Made by a program: the position numbers and the translations under genes. Positions 19,198 through 28,534 of a DNA stretch of 64,000 nt are shown here, one piece after another. The notes under the pieces were generated by a model that was not told where the DNA came from, did not search any database, and worked only from the letters and a program-made list of their open reading frames with translations. Location: positions 11,386-75,385 of the forward strand of contig JAFKFN010000017.1 of NCBI GenBank assembly GCA_017308255.1. The letters are read 5' to 3'. The DNA comes from Altererythrobacter sp. GTDB taxonomy: Bacteria > Pseudomonadota > Alphaproteobacteria > Sphingomonadales > Sphingomonadaceae. Each line of letters starts with the position of its first letter. Position 1 is the stretch's first letter.

Positions 19198-21041
19198 GGC
19201 GCGGATGGCTGCTGGCGGGCGCAGGGCTGGCGCTGGTTTCCTCGCTGGCGCTGGCGGCGCCCGAATCGCTGCTGCCGCCGAGCTTCCAGAACCCGGCGCC
19301 CGCTCCCGCTCCGGCCCCCGCTCCGCGACCGGCCCCGGCACCCGCGCCGGCCTCGTCCGCCGCGCCGGGGGCGGCCCCGACGACGCCCGGCGCGTCCATT
19401 CCGGTCATTCAGCCGATTCCCGGATTGCTCCAGCCCGAAACGCTGCCCCCCGTGGCGCTGCCGCCTAACTTTCCCAGCCTGGAGCAGCTGGAGGCGATGA
19501 GCCCCGATGCGTTCGACGAGTTGTTCGGCCTCAAGCCCAAGTTCGATATTCCGGCCGGCGCCCGCCGCGCGGTGCGGCAAGTGGGGATCATCGATCAGGA
19601 GGAAGGCGGGTTCGCCGCCGGCCTGCTGGACGAACAGCCGGCGGAACTGGTCCGGGCGGCGCTCACGGCCACCAAGGGGCCGCTGGTTTCGCGCTGGGGG
19701 CATATCCTGCTGCGCCGCGCGCTCGCCAGCCGGATGGACGCGCCGCGCGACATGGACCCGGTGGATTTCGCCGCCCTGCGCGCCGCGGTGCTCAACCGCA
19801 TCGGCGAAAGCGCCGCCGCGCGCGCGCTGGTGCAGGATGTCGATTCGGCCAATTACGACACCGCGCTCGCCAGCGCCGCGTTTGACGCCTATCTCGCCAC
19901 GGGCGACCTGCTCGGCATCTGCCCGGTGGTCCAGCTGAAGAGCACTCTGCGCGACGATGCCGAATGGAACATGGCGCGGGCGATCTGCGGCGCTTACGCC
20001 GGTGACGAACGCCAGGCGGACCGCGACCTGGAACGGATGCGCTATTACGGCAAGGCGCCGCGGATCGATGCGCTGCTGGCGGAACGCTATGCCGGCGCGG
20101 CGGGGCAGGGCCGGCGCGCGGTCAATATCGAATGGACCGGCGTTAACGAGCTGACCCCGTGGCGCTTTGCGCTGACTCGATCGCTGGGCATGGAATTGCC
20201 GGATAGCCTGAAGGACGCGGCGGCGCGCTTCGCCGTGGCGGACGTTCTCAATCCGGCGGTGCCGCTGGCGGAACGCGCGGCGGCGGCGGACAGGATCGCG
20301 GGCCGGGGCATCCTGTCGTCGGCCGCGCTGGTCGATCTTTATTCGCAGCTCTGGGCCGAAGGCACGATCGAAGGCCAGGAGCGGGAGCGCGCTGGCACGC
20401 TGCGTGAGGCTTATGTGGCGCGCGATCCCGCCGCGCGGATCGAAGCGATGCGCACCCTGTGGGGCAACGGCGGCAATTATGGCCGCCAGGTGCTGACCGC
20501 CTATGCCGCCGCGCGCCTGCCGGCGAGCGACGCGCTGGTGGACGATGCGCCGCTGATCATCGCCTCGATGCTTTCGGCCGGGCTGGACCGCAACGCCATG
20601 GCCTGGGGCGCGCTGGTCCCGCAAGGCAGCGTGGGCTGGGCCATGCTGGCGCTGGCGCAGCCGAATCGCGGCACGCAAGTGAGCCGGAGCGCGGTGAACA
20701 GCTTCGTCGATGATGACGGCAGCGCCGCCCAGCGCAAGTCGCGCTTCCTCGTGGCCGGGCTGGCCGCACTGGGGCGGCTCGACATGGGCGCGGCGAACGA
20801 TCTGGCCGGCAAGCTGGGGGTTGATCTGGGCCGCGAGAGCGCGTGGAGCCGCAAGATCGACCGCGCGGCGGAGCTGAACAATCCCGCGCTGGTGGCGCTG
20901 CTCGCAGGGCTGGGGATGCAGGGAGACGGCTGGAACAAGATGACCGCACGCCACCTGTTCCATATCGTTCGCGCGCTTGACCGGGTGGGGCTGGAAGCGG
21001 AAGCCCGGATGATCGCGGCCGAGGCCGTGGCCCGGGGGTAA
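19194..21041 (+). CDS. Hypothetical exported alpha-helical protein, 615 aa
   Basis: Signal peptide, PAPA linker, long Ala-rich helical body; lies between aroK and xerD. Confidence 0.85.
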   Translation: MRRGWLLAGAGLALVSSLALAAPESLLPPSFQNPAPAPAPAPAPRPAPAPAPASSAAPGAAPTTPGASIPVIQPIPGLLQPETLPPVALPPNFPSLEQLEAMSPDAFDELFGLKPKFDIPAGARRAVRQVGIIDQEEGGFAAGLLDEQPAELVRAALTATKGPLVSRWGHILLRRALASRMDAPRDMDPVDFAALRAAVLNRIGESAAARALVQDVDSANYDTALASAAFDAYLATGDLLGICPVVQLKSTLRDDAEWNMARAICGAYAGDERQADRDLERMRYYGKAPRIDALLAERYAGAAGQGRRAVNIEWTGVNELTPWRFALTRSLGMELPDSLKDAAARFAVADVLNPAVPLAERAAAADRIAGRGILSSAALVDLYSQLWAEGTIEGQERERAGTLREAYVARDPAARIEAMRTLWGNGGNYGRQVLTAYAAARLPASDALVDDAPLIIASMLSAGLDRNAMAWGALVPQGSVGWAMLALAQPNRGTQVSRSAVNSFVDDDGSAAQRKSRFLVAGLAALGRLDMGAANDLAGKLGVDLGRESAWSRKIDRAAELNNPALVALLAGLGMQGDGWNKMTARHLFHIVRALDRVGLEAEARMIAAEAVARG

Positions 21042-21069
21042 GGCTTCGCAGGCAACTGTATTCCAAGGT

Positions 21070-21150
21070 TCGTCATTGCGAGCGTAGCGAAGCAATCCAG
21101 AGCGACAGCGCAAAACGCTCTGGATTGCTTCGCTACGCTCGCAATGACGA
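21070..21150. repeat. CGTC-type REP doublet
   Basis: CGTCATTGCGAGCGTAGCGAAGCAATCCAGAGCG...CGCTCTGGATTGCTTCGCTACGCTCGCAATGACG perfect arms. Confidence 0.9.
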
Positions 21151-21221
21151 GTAAAGGGGCTGGCGCGCAAAGCGGCGATGACGCCGATGCGGAGAGGACC
21201 GCGCATGCGGAAAAGGAAGTA

Positions 21222-22100
21222 ATGTCCGCCGCCATCGAGTCCTTCCTCGCCATGCTTGCCGCCGAGCGGGGCGCGGCGGCCAATACGCTGGCGGCTTACC
21301 GGCGCGATCTCGAAGGGGCGGAGGAGATTCTCGGCGATCTCGCGGCGGCCGATCGTGAGGCCTTGGGCAGGCTGGCGGCGGCTTGGGCGGGCCTGGCCCC
21401 GGCCAGCGTGGCGCGCAAGGCCTCCGCGCTGCGGCAATTCTACGGTTTCCTGGTGGATGAAGGCCTGCGCGAGGACGATCCCTCGCCCGCGCTGCCGCGC
21501 CCCGCCATGCGGCGGCCCCTGCCGAAAATCCTCTCCCACCCCGAAGTGGAGGCCCTGTTCGCCCGGGCGGAGCTGGAGGCGGACAGCGCGCGGCCGGAAG
21601 CGATACGGCTGCTGGCGCTGCTGGAACTTCTTTATGGCTCCGGCCTGCGGGCGACGGAGCTGGTTGCCCTGCCGCGGGCCGCCGTGCCGCGCGATGCGCC
21701 GCTGCTGACAGTGACCGGCAAGGGCTCGCAGCAGCGCATGGTGCCCGTTTCCACGCGCGCGCGGCAGGCCCTGTCGCGCTGGCTTGCGGTGCGGCCGGAG
21801 GGTTCGCGTTATCTCTTCCCTTCGCGCGGTAAACATTTGACCCGCATACGGTTATTCCAGCTGGTGAAGGAACTAGCGGCGCGCGCGGGCCTCGATCCGG
21901 CCAAGGTCAGCCCACACGTGCTGCGACATGCCTTCGCCACCCATTTGCTCGAAGGTGGGGCGGACTTGCGAGTGCTGCAGACCCTGCTCGGCCATGCCGA
22001 TATCGCCACTACGCAGATCTACACCCACGTCGATGCCGCGCGGCTGGTGACGCTGGTCAACGAGCGGCATCCTCTTGCGGGCGAGCAGCGGGGCGGTTAG
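21222..22100 (+). CDS. xerD: Tyrosine recombinase XerD-like
   Basis: NTLAAYRRDL, YGSGLRATEL, HVLRHAFATHLL, GHADIATTQIYTH; the track start at 21144 lies inside a REP. Confidence 0.9.
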   Translation: MSAAIESFLAMLAAERGAAANTLAAYRRDLEGAEEILGDLAAADREALGRLAAAWAGLAPASVARKASALRQFYGFLVDEGLREDDPSPALPRPAMRRPLPKILSHPEVEALFARAELEADSARPEAIRLLALLELLYGSGLRATELVALPRAAVPRDAPLLTVTGKGSQQRMVPVSTRARQALSRWLAVRPEGSRYLFPSRGKHLTRIRLFQLVKELAARAGLDPAKVSPHVLRHAFATHLLEGGADLRVLQTLLGHADIATTQIYTHVDAARLVTLVNERHPLAGEQRGG

Positions 22101-22109
22101 CGCGGCCGG

Positions 22110-23075
22110 ATGATTTCGTATCTGGAATTCGAGAAGCCCGTCGCTGAGCTGGAAGCGCGAATCGCGGAACTGCGCGAGGCCGCTTCGGGCGACGACGTGG
22201 ACATCTCGTCGGAACTGGCGCGGCTAGAGGCCAAGAGCGCGGACCTGCTGCGCACCACATATGCCGCGCTGACGCCCTGGCAGAAGACGCAGGTGGCCCG
22301 CCATCCGGGGCGGCCGCATTTCCGCGACTATGTGGAAATGGCGTTCAAGGACTTCGTCCCGCTCGGCGGCGATCGCCATTATGGCGATGATCTGGCGATC
22401 ATGGGCGGCCTTGCCACGCTGGGCGATCGCAAGGTCATGCTGATCGGGCACGAGAAGGGCAACGATACCCAGAGTCGGATCGCGCACAACTTCGGCATGG
22501 GCAAGCCGGAAGGCTATCGCAAGGCGATCCGGCTGATGGACATGGCCGGCCGTTTCGGCCTGCCGGTGGTGACGCTGGTCGATACATCGGGCGCCTTTCC
22601 GGGCGTGGAGGCGGAAGAACGCGGCCAGGCCGAAGCCATCGCCCGTTCGACCGAGGCCTGCCTGGCGCTGCCGGTGCCGATGGTTTCGGCCATCGTGGGC
22701 GAGGGCGGCTCCGGCGGCGCGGTGGCTCTGGCCAGCGCGGAGCGGGTGCTGATGTTCGAGCACGCGGTCTATTCGGTGATCTCGCCCGAAGGCTGCGCCT
22801 CGATCCTCTGGCGCACGGCGGAAAAGGCGCCGCAGGCGGCCGAGGCGATGAAGATGACCGCGCAGGACCTGGCGCAGCTGGGCGTGATCGACCGCGTCGT
22901 GCCCGAGCCGGTGGGCGGCGCTCAGCGCGATCCGGCCCTGGCGGCCGACACGCTGGCCCAGGCCATCGGCGAGGAGCTGGATGCGCTGTCAGGCAAGACG
23001 GCCAAGCAGCTGCGCCGCCTGCGCGAGAACCGTTTTCTCTCGATGGGCGAGCGCCGCAAGCCCCGCCGCGGCTGA
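22110..23075 (+). CDS. accA: Acetyl-CoA carboxylase carboxyltransferase alpha
   Basis: [42 protein letters not shown]. Confidence 0.97.
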   Translation: MISYLEFEKPVAELEARIAELREAASGDDVDISSELARLEAKSADLLRTTYAALTPWQKTQVARHPGRPHFRDYVEMAFKDFVPLGGDRHYGDDLAIMGGLATLGDRKVMLIGHEKGNDTQSRIAHNFGMGKPEGYRKAIRLMDMAGRFGLPVVTLVDTSGAFPGVEAEERGQAEAIARSTEACLALPVPMVSAIVGEGGSGGAVALASAERVLMFEHAVYSVISPEGCASILWRTAEKAPQAAEAMKMTAQDLAQLGVIDRVVPEPVGGAQRDPALAADTLAQAIGEELDALSGKTAKQLRRLRENRFLSMGERRKPRRG

Positions 23076-23171
23076 CCTTCGGGAACAGAGCCCGGCGGGA
23101 AGAGGTTTTCCGAGTGGAGCAAGCATAGGGCAGCGGAATCACCCGCGCCCGTCCGTCATGAGGAGCCTTTG

Positions 23172-24695
23172 ATGTCCGACACCGCACAGACCCGCCGCGA
23201 GGCCGGGGCCCCTGTCCAAGTGCGTGGCCGCGTCCGCAGGATCGTGCTGGCCGGCGCCGCCGGCTGTTCCCTGTTCGCTTGCGCCACCGTGCCGCAGCAG
23301 GCCCAGGCGCAGCGCGGCGGCGGGGCGATAACCGCAGCGGAAGCGCGCCAGGGGGCGGAATATCACCCGCAATTCCTGCAGGAATTCGGCGGCGCGATGA
23401 GCGGGCCGCAAGCGACCTATGTCGAACAGATCGGCAAGAACATCGCCGTGCAATCGGGCCTGGCCAATTCGCAATCGGCCTTCACCGTCACCCTGCTGAA
23501 CAGTTCGGTGGACAATGCTTTCGCCATCCCCGGCGGCTATGTCTACATCACCCGGCAGCTCGTCTCGCTGATGAACAACGAGGCGGAGCTGGCCGGGGTG
23601 CTGGGGCACGAAGTGGGCCACGTCGCCGCGCGGCATTCGGCGCAGCGCCAGCAGGTGGCCCAGCGCAACAGCATCCTGGGCGCGATCGGTTCCGTGCTGT
23701 CGGGCGTGCTGCTGGGCAACAGCCAGCTCGGCCAGCTCGGCCAGCAGCTTTCATCGGCCGTGCCGCAGCTGGCGACGCTGAAGTATTCGCGCAGCCAGGA
23801 GACGGAGGCCGACAACCTCGGCATCCAGTATCTGCGCAGCGCCGGCTACGATCCCCATGCGATGGCCAGCGTGCTGCAAAGCCTGGCGGCGCAGAACGCG
23901 CTGGACGCGCAGATCCAGGGCAGCAACGCGACGATTCCCGAATGGGCCTCCACCCACCCCGATCCGGCCAGCCGCGTGCAGGCGGCGATGCGCCAGGCCG
24001 GCAGCGCCACGGGCGTGACCAACCGGGACACCTTCCTCACCCGCATCGACGGGCTGCTTTATGGCGACGATCCGCACCAGGGCGTGATCGAAGGCAACAG
24101 CTTCATCCACCCGGACATGCGGCTGACGTTCACGGTGCCCAACGGCTTCTACATGGTCAACGGCACGCAGGCCGTTTCGATCAACGGGCAGAGCGGGCAG
24201 GCGCAGCTTTCCACCGGGCCTTACAGCGGCAACCTGGAAACCTATGTGCGCCAGGCATTCCAGGCGATCGGCGGGCAGAACGCCCAGCTCGCCCCGCAGA
24301 CGCTCCAGCGCACGACGATCAACGGCCTGCCGGCGGTGATCGGCAGCGCGCGGGTCAACAGCGGGCAGAACCAGGTGGACGTCACCGTGGTCGGCTATGA
24401 ATTCGCGCGCAACCAGGCCTATCACTTCGCGGCCATCACACCGGCGGGCCGGGCGGCGGTCTTCAACCCGATGTTCAACTCGCTGCGCCGGATCAGCCAG
24501 GCCGAAGCGGCGCAAGTCGTGCCGCGCAAGCTCAGCGTGGTGACGGCGGCACGGGCGGACACGGTGCAGACCCTGGCGCGCCGCATGGCCTACACCAATG
24601 CCCAGGAAGCCCGCTTCCGCGTGCTGAACGGGCTGGCGAGCAATGCTCAACTGGTGCCGGGACAACGCTACAAGATCGTGGTGCGCGGGAGTTGA
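23172..24695 (+). CDS. M48 family zinc metalloprotease with C-terminal LysM-like domain
   Basis: NAFAIPGG, HEVGH, YSRSQETEAD, THP; start 23169 or 23172. Confidence 0.9.
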   Translation: MSDTAQTRREAGAPVQVRGRVRRIVLAGAAGCSLFACATVPQQAQAQRGGGAITAAEARQGAEYHPQFLQEFGGAMSGPQATYVEQIGKNIAVQSGLANSQSAFTVTLLNSSVDNAFAIPGGYVYITRQLVSLMNNEAELAGVLGHEVGHVAARHSAQRQQVAQRNSILGAIGSVLSGVLLGNSQLGQLGQQLSSAVPQLATLKYSRSQETEADNLGIQYLRSAGYDPHAMASVLQSLAAQNALDAQIQGSNATIPEWASTHPDPASRVQAAMRQAGSATGVTNRDTFLTRIDGLLYGDDPHQGVIEGNSFIHPDMRLTFTVPNGFYMVNGTQAVSINGQSGQAQLSTGPYSGNLETYVRQAFQAIGGQNAQLAPQTLQRTTINGLPAVIGSARVNSGQNQVDVTVVGYEFARNQAYHFAAITPAGRAAVFNPMFNSLRRISQAEAAQVVPRKLSVVTAARADTVQTLARRMAYTNAQEARFRVLNGLASNAQLVPGQRYKIVVRGS

Positions 24696-24712
24696 GTGCG
24701 GCACGCGCAAGC

Positions 24713-24744
24713 AAAAAGGGCGGCGAGTTGCCTCGCCGCCCCTT
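24713..24744. terminator. Intrinsic terminator between convergent M48 and pilin genes
   Basis: A-run, then 10-bp stem GGGCGGCGAG-TTGC-CTCGCCGCCC. Confidence 0.75.
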
Positions 24745-24767
24745 CCGAATACCGTAATTGCGAACGA

Positions 24768-24932
24768 TTACTTCGCCATCGAGGTCGCCACCTTGTTGAA
24801 GGTGGTCGAGAGCTGGCCGCCGAGGCTGGTCATCGCGGTGATCGCGGCAACCGCGATCAGGGCGGCGATCAGGCCGTATTCGATGGCGGTAGCGCCCGCT
24901 TCATCGCGGAGCAGCTTGTTGATGAACTTCAT
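24768..24932 (-). CDS. pilA: Flp/type IVc pilin
   Basis: DEAG|ATAIEYGLIAALI cleavage motif, 54 aa. Confidence 0.95.
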   Translation of the reverse strand: MKFINKLLRDEAGATAIEYGLIAALIAVAAITAMTSLGGQLSTTFNKVATSMAK

Positions 24933-25022
24933 GGTCGGTCTCCTGGTTCTTCGATACCCGGCCTGACCCCCTGCTTCCGGATCAAGCATTCGCACCCTAG
25001 TTCGGCATTGGTTTAGAAAGGC

Positions 25023-25205
25023 CTAAGACATGGCGGCCGTGGCCTTGTCGGCCACGTCACCCCAGGCCCCTCCGCTGCTCGCGCCCAGGCTTTGAAAGGC
25101 AACCAGGGCGCCGAGAGCAATCAATGCCACTATCAGGCCGTACTCGATGGCGGTCGCTCCGCGATCGTCCCGCAGCAGTTGTATGACGATCAGGCTTCCA
25201 CGCAT
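25023..25205 (-). CDS. Second Flp pilin
   Basis: DDRG|ATAIEYGLIVALI. Confidence 0.88.
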   Translation of the reverse strand: MRGSLIVIQLLRDDRGATAIEYGLIVALIALGALVAFQSLGASSGGAWGDVADKATAAMS

Positions 25206-25270
25206 CGGTTTCCCCCCGGAAATGTACGGTCCGATGCGGTGGCTTTTCGCAGCAGCCTGCTAACGAAGCC

Positions 25271-25714
25271 TTGATGCGGTCGGTTAACGTGGAAAATTCT
25301 CCGACATTCATTCCGGTGGTCGCGGCGGCGATCGTCGATGGCGCCGGGCGCCTGCTCTTGCAGCAGGCCTTGCTCGGCAAGCGCCATGCCGGGCAGTGGG
25401 AATTCCCCGGCGGGAAGGTGGAACCCGCGGAATCCCTCCGTTTTGCCCTGTGCCGCGAAGTGCGTGAGGAACTGGCGCTGGAGCTGGATGAAGCGGTGCT
25501 CCAGCCCGCCGGATTCGCCGAGGAAGCGCCGGCAGACGGCCGGCCCGGCCTTGTCCTGTTGCTTTACAGATGCACGCGCTGGAGCGGCGTGCCCGAAGCC
25601 TGCGAGGGCCAGCGCTGGGCCTGGTTCACCCTCGCGGAAGCCGACTCACTGCCGCTGGCGGCGATGGACAGGGCTCTGCTCGGCGGGCTCATCGGCCAAG
25701 TTCCCCTGGCGTAA
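25271..25714 (+). CDS. Nudix hydrolase (MutT-like)
   Basis: WEFPGGKVEPAES...REVREEL Nudix box. Confidence 0.9.
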   Translation: MMRSVNVENSPTFIPVVAAAIVDGAGRLLLQQALLGKRHAGQWEFPGGKVEPAESLRFALCREVREELALELDEAVLQPAGFAEEAPADGRPGLVLLLYRCTRWSGVPEACEGQRWAWFTLAEADSLPLAAMDRALLGGLIGQVPLA

Positions 25715-25733
25715 GCGAGCACGGGAATGGCTA

Positions 25734-25762
25734 TTGCCAAGCCCGCGCCGCCTGCCTATGTG
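25734..25762 (+). promoter_or_regulatory. sigma70 promoter of tRNA-Arg
   Basis: TTGCCA-N17-TATGTG followed by a GC-rich discriminator. Confidence 0.6.
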
Positions 25763-25775
25763 CCGCCCTCCAAGC

Positions 25776-25852
25776 GCGCCCGTAGCTCAGCTGGATAGAG
25801 CACCAGACTACGAATCTGGGGGTCAGAGGTTCGAATCCTTTCGGGCGCGCCA
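25776..25852 (+). tRNA. tRNA-Arg(ACG)
   Basis: GCGCCCG/CGGGCGC acceptor stem, anticodon arm CCAGA-CTACGAA-TCTGG, TTCGAAT T-loop, encoded CCA, 77 nt. Confidence 0.98.
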
Positions 25853-27508
25853 TTTCGGTTCAAAGGCACGAACGCCTAGCACCGCCGCCTCTACGCCAGA
25901 GGCGGCGGTTAGGGTTCGGAGCAGTTCGCTCCGCAGTCCACGGATGCGGACCTCCTTCCGGCTCACCACTTCAACCCGCTGCGCGACCGCGCGAACCTGA
26001 TCGCGAGCGAACGTCCCATCGCCGTTCCGCAGCTTCTTGCGCAGGGCCGCCGCAAACGCCCGGAGGGTTTCCGGCGTGATCGCTGGGCCGATCTTTACGA
26101 TATGCGCCAAGGCGCGTTCGGAATCGCCCTTGGCCTGGTCGCGCGTCGCGGTCAGCTCGGTGATGCGATCCTTGAGCGATGGATCGTTCACGTCGATCAC
26201 GCCGTTCTCGATCGCGTCATAGAGGCGCTTGAGCTTCGCTTCGGCCTCGGTCGCGCGCCGTTCAAGATCGGCGACATGCTCGCGGCGCTGGTTCACCCAC
26301 TCGTCGCGCCGTTCGAGGATCTGATCCATCAGAGCTTCGAGCCGCGTAGGATCAAGCAGCCGTGCCTCGAGATGATCGACCACGGCCTCATTGAGCCGGT
26401 CCATCGGCACCGTGATGCCGGGGCAGCCGGTCGCGCCCTGCCGCGCCTTCGTCGAGCAGGTGTAATAGCGATACTCCCTCCCGACACTGCTGGTGCCCGT
26501 GCGCAGCGTCATCGCGCCGCCGCAGCACGCGCAGAAGCAGATGCCGGTGAGCAGCGTCGGGCCGCCCACTGCCATCGGCGCCATCATCTTCGGGCTGCGC
26601 GCCTTGAGCGAGCGCTGCACGGCCTCGAACTGGGCTTCCGACACGATCGCCGGCACTTCCATGACGGCGTGCTCGCTCTCCGGCTTCGGCGTCTTCGTCT
26701 TGTGATCGCGGGTGTTGAAGCGGTGCTGGCCGATATAGGTCGTGCGGGTGAGCACCTGATGCACCGCGCCCAAGCCCCACCGACCGCCGTCGCGGGTGCG
26801 GATGTTGTTCTCGTTGAGCCAGGTCGCGATCGACTTGAGGCCCATCGGCCCTTTGTTATCGACGCCGTTCAATGCCATCCGGTAGATGCGCCGCACCGTC
26901 TCGGCCTGGATCGGGTCGATCTCCAGCTTCTTCTTGATCTTCGCGCCGCGCTCGCCGGCCGCGACCACGCGATAACCGATGGGCGCCCGCGCGCCGTTCC
27001 AGAAGCCTTGTCGGGCGTTCTCCTTCATCGCTCGCAACGTGTGCTTGCCGTTCTCCTTCGACTGATACTCATCGAACAGCGTCATGATCTGACGCATCAT
27101 CACGCTCATCGGATCGTCGCCCAAATCCTGTGTGATGGAGATCAGCCGCACACCGTTCTTCGCCAGCTTGCGAACGTAGAACTCGAACTGGAACTGGTCG
27201 CGAAAGAACCGCGAGAAGCTGTGGACGAGAATGACGTTGAACGTCGGCGGCTTCACCATCGCCGCGTCGATCATCGCCTGGAAAGCTGGGCGACGATCAT
27301 CGGTCGCGGTGTTGCCCGGCTCGACGAACTCCGCGGCGACCTCCCAGCCGCGCGACAGGCAGTAGCCTTCGATCTGGCGGCGCTGGTCGGGAATCGACAG
27401 ATCGCTATCGGCCTGCCGACCCGTCGAGACGCGCAGGTAGAGCGCCGCGCGAGCGGTCGCCACGACTGGCGCCTCATCCTCATTTCGTCGCACGGCGGCG
27501 CTGGTCAT
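25823..27508 (-). CDS. Large serine recombinase (ICE integrase)
   Basis: YLRVSTGRQ catalytic Ser, HSFSRFFR, recombinase domain, CACCGG...YYTC zinc ribbon, coiled coil; last 10 codons (incl. stop) antisense to the tRNA. Confidence 0.96.
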   Translation of the reverse strand: MTSAAVRRNEDEAPVVATARAALYLRVSTGRQADSDLSIPDQRRQIEGYCLSRGWEVAAEFVEPGNTATDDRRPAFQAMIDAAMVKPPTFNVILVHSFSRFFRDQFQFEFYVRKLAKNGVRLISITQDLGDDPMSVMMRQIMTLFDEYQSKENGKHTLRAMKENARQGFWNGARAPIGYRVVAAGERGAKIKKKLEIDPIQAETVRRIYRMALNGVDNKGPMGLKSIATWLNENNIRTRDGGRWGLGAVHQVLTRTTYIGQHRFNTRDHKTKTPKPESEHAVMEVPAIVSEAQFEAVQRSLKARSPKMMAPMAVGGPTLLTGICFCACCGGAMTLRTGTSSVGREYRYYTCSTKARQGATGCPGITVPMDRLNEAVVDHLEARLLDPTRLEALMDQILERRDEWVNQRREHVADLERRATEAEAKLKRLYDAIENGVIDVNDPSLKDRITELTATRDQAKGDSERALAHIVKIGPAITPETLRAFAAALRKKLRNGDGTFARDQVRAVAQRVEVVSRKEVRIRGLRSELLRTLTAASGVEAAVLGVRAFEPKWRARKDSNL

Positions 27509-27526
27509 GACGCTTCACTCCTCACT

Positions 27527-27772
27527 TCACGGCAGCGGCCCGAACAGCTTGTCCAGCTCTTGCCGCATATGGCCTTCGATCGCGCGCAGTTCGGCGTCGC
27601 CGATCGGAACTTGCTCCGGCCAGTCATCGGTGACGACGATTGGCCCATCATCTTCGCGCGACCGGCGCGAAGCCCGGCGCGGCGCGGCGCGATTGGTGTA
27701 GTCGTGCAAGTCATCCGGGCTTTCGGCCCAGCGACGAGGCGTGCGGCGGCGGAGCTTGCGAGGAAGGGCCAT
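27527..27772 (-). CDS. 81-aa hypothetical protein upstream of the integrase
   Basis: Basic N-terminus, acidic VTDDWPEQVPIGDAELRAIE C-terminus; its stop sits beside the integrase SD GAGGAG. Confidence 0.6.
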   Translation of the reverse strand: MALPRKLRRRTPRRWAESPDDLHDYTNRAAPRRASRRSREDDGPIVVTDDWPEQVPIGDAELRAIEGHMRQELDKLFGPLP

Positions 27773-27854
27773 CCCGACACGCTGCGACGCGACCGCGCCG
27801 CGTGCAAAGCCTCTGTGGCGGCGTAGCGCAGATAGGGGCGCGCTGCGGCGGGCG

Positions 27855-28277
27855 TCATGCTGCGCCCCACGGATCGACGACCGTGATCCCGCAGTCGGCG
27901 AAATCGCGGACGTTGCGAGTCGCCAGCCGCGCGCCGCGCGAGCGCACGATGGCGGCAATCTGCGCGTCGATCTGGCTGATCGGTTTGCCACCGTGTTTCC
28001 GACCGGCGGCGATCTCGGGATAGGCCGCGGCGGCATCGGTATCGAACGGCAGGACGCGCCCCGCCAGATCGACATCGAACATCGGACGCGCGGCCGCCAG
28101 CAGATCATCGCGGCGGCGTCCCTCGGGGAGCAGCGCCAATCCGTAGAAGATTTCCGCCTGGGTCAAGGTCGTCGTGAACACCCCCGCCATCGGTTGCTCG
28201 GCGATCCACGCCATGACCTTCGGGTCAGGTTCGCGCCGCATCAGCTCGGAAATGACGTTGGTGTCGAGGACGATCAT
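27855..28277 (-). CDS. vapC: PIN-domain toxin (VapC/FitB)
   Basis: MIVLDTNVISE, DAQIAAI, LATRNVRDF. Confidence 0.95.
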   Translation of the reverse strand: MIVLDTNVISELMRREPDPKVMAWIAEQPMAGVFTTTLTQAEIFYGLALLPEGRRRDDLLAAARPMFDVDLAGRVLPFDTDAAAAYPEIAAGRKHGGKPISQIDAQIAAIVRSRGARLATRNVRDFADCGITVVDPWGAA

Positions 28278-28522
28278 CAGCCGAAGTCCACCGGCTCGCG
28301 GATCGCTTCGCGCGGCACGTCAGGCAGATCGACGCCGCCCAGCGGGCCGAAGCGTTCGTGGATTGCCTGACCAAGATTGCGAGGGCGAGGATCGTCAGTG
28401 GAGAGCGCCGAGCGCAGGATGTCCCGCGCCTCGTCTTCCATCGAACGGCCATTGACGGCCGCGCGCACGCGAAGGCGCTTCTTGATCGCATCGTCGATGT
28501 TTCGGATCGTCATCACCGCCAT
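28277..28522 (-). CDS. fitA: FitA/StbC-like RHH antitoxin
   Basis: MTIRNIDD...LRVRAAVNGRSMEDEARDIL; SD GGAGG; TGATG coupling to the toxin. Confidence 0.92.
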   Translation of the reverse strand: MAVMTIRNIDDAIKKRLRVRAAVNGRSMEDEARDILRSALSTDDPRPRNLGQAIHERFGPLGGVDLPDVPREAIREPVDFG

Positions 28523-28534
28523 ATGCACCTCCAT

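Noticed and set aside
11708-21150. Repeats as a CRISPR array
   Set aside because: Dispersed inverted doublets without regular spacers; no cas genes
18981-21836. 1141-aa minus-strand ORF
   Set aside because: Antisense shadow of the 615-aa gene and xerD; only the last 189 codons (aroK) are real
21222-22100. XerD-like gene as the ICE integrase
   Set aside because: Lies in housekeeping synteny with accA, outside the tRNA boundary; the ICE has its own serine recombinase
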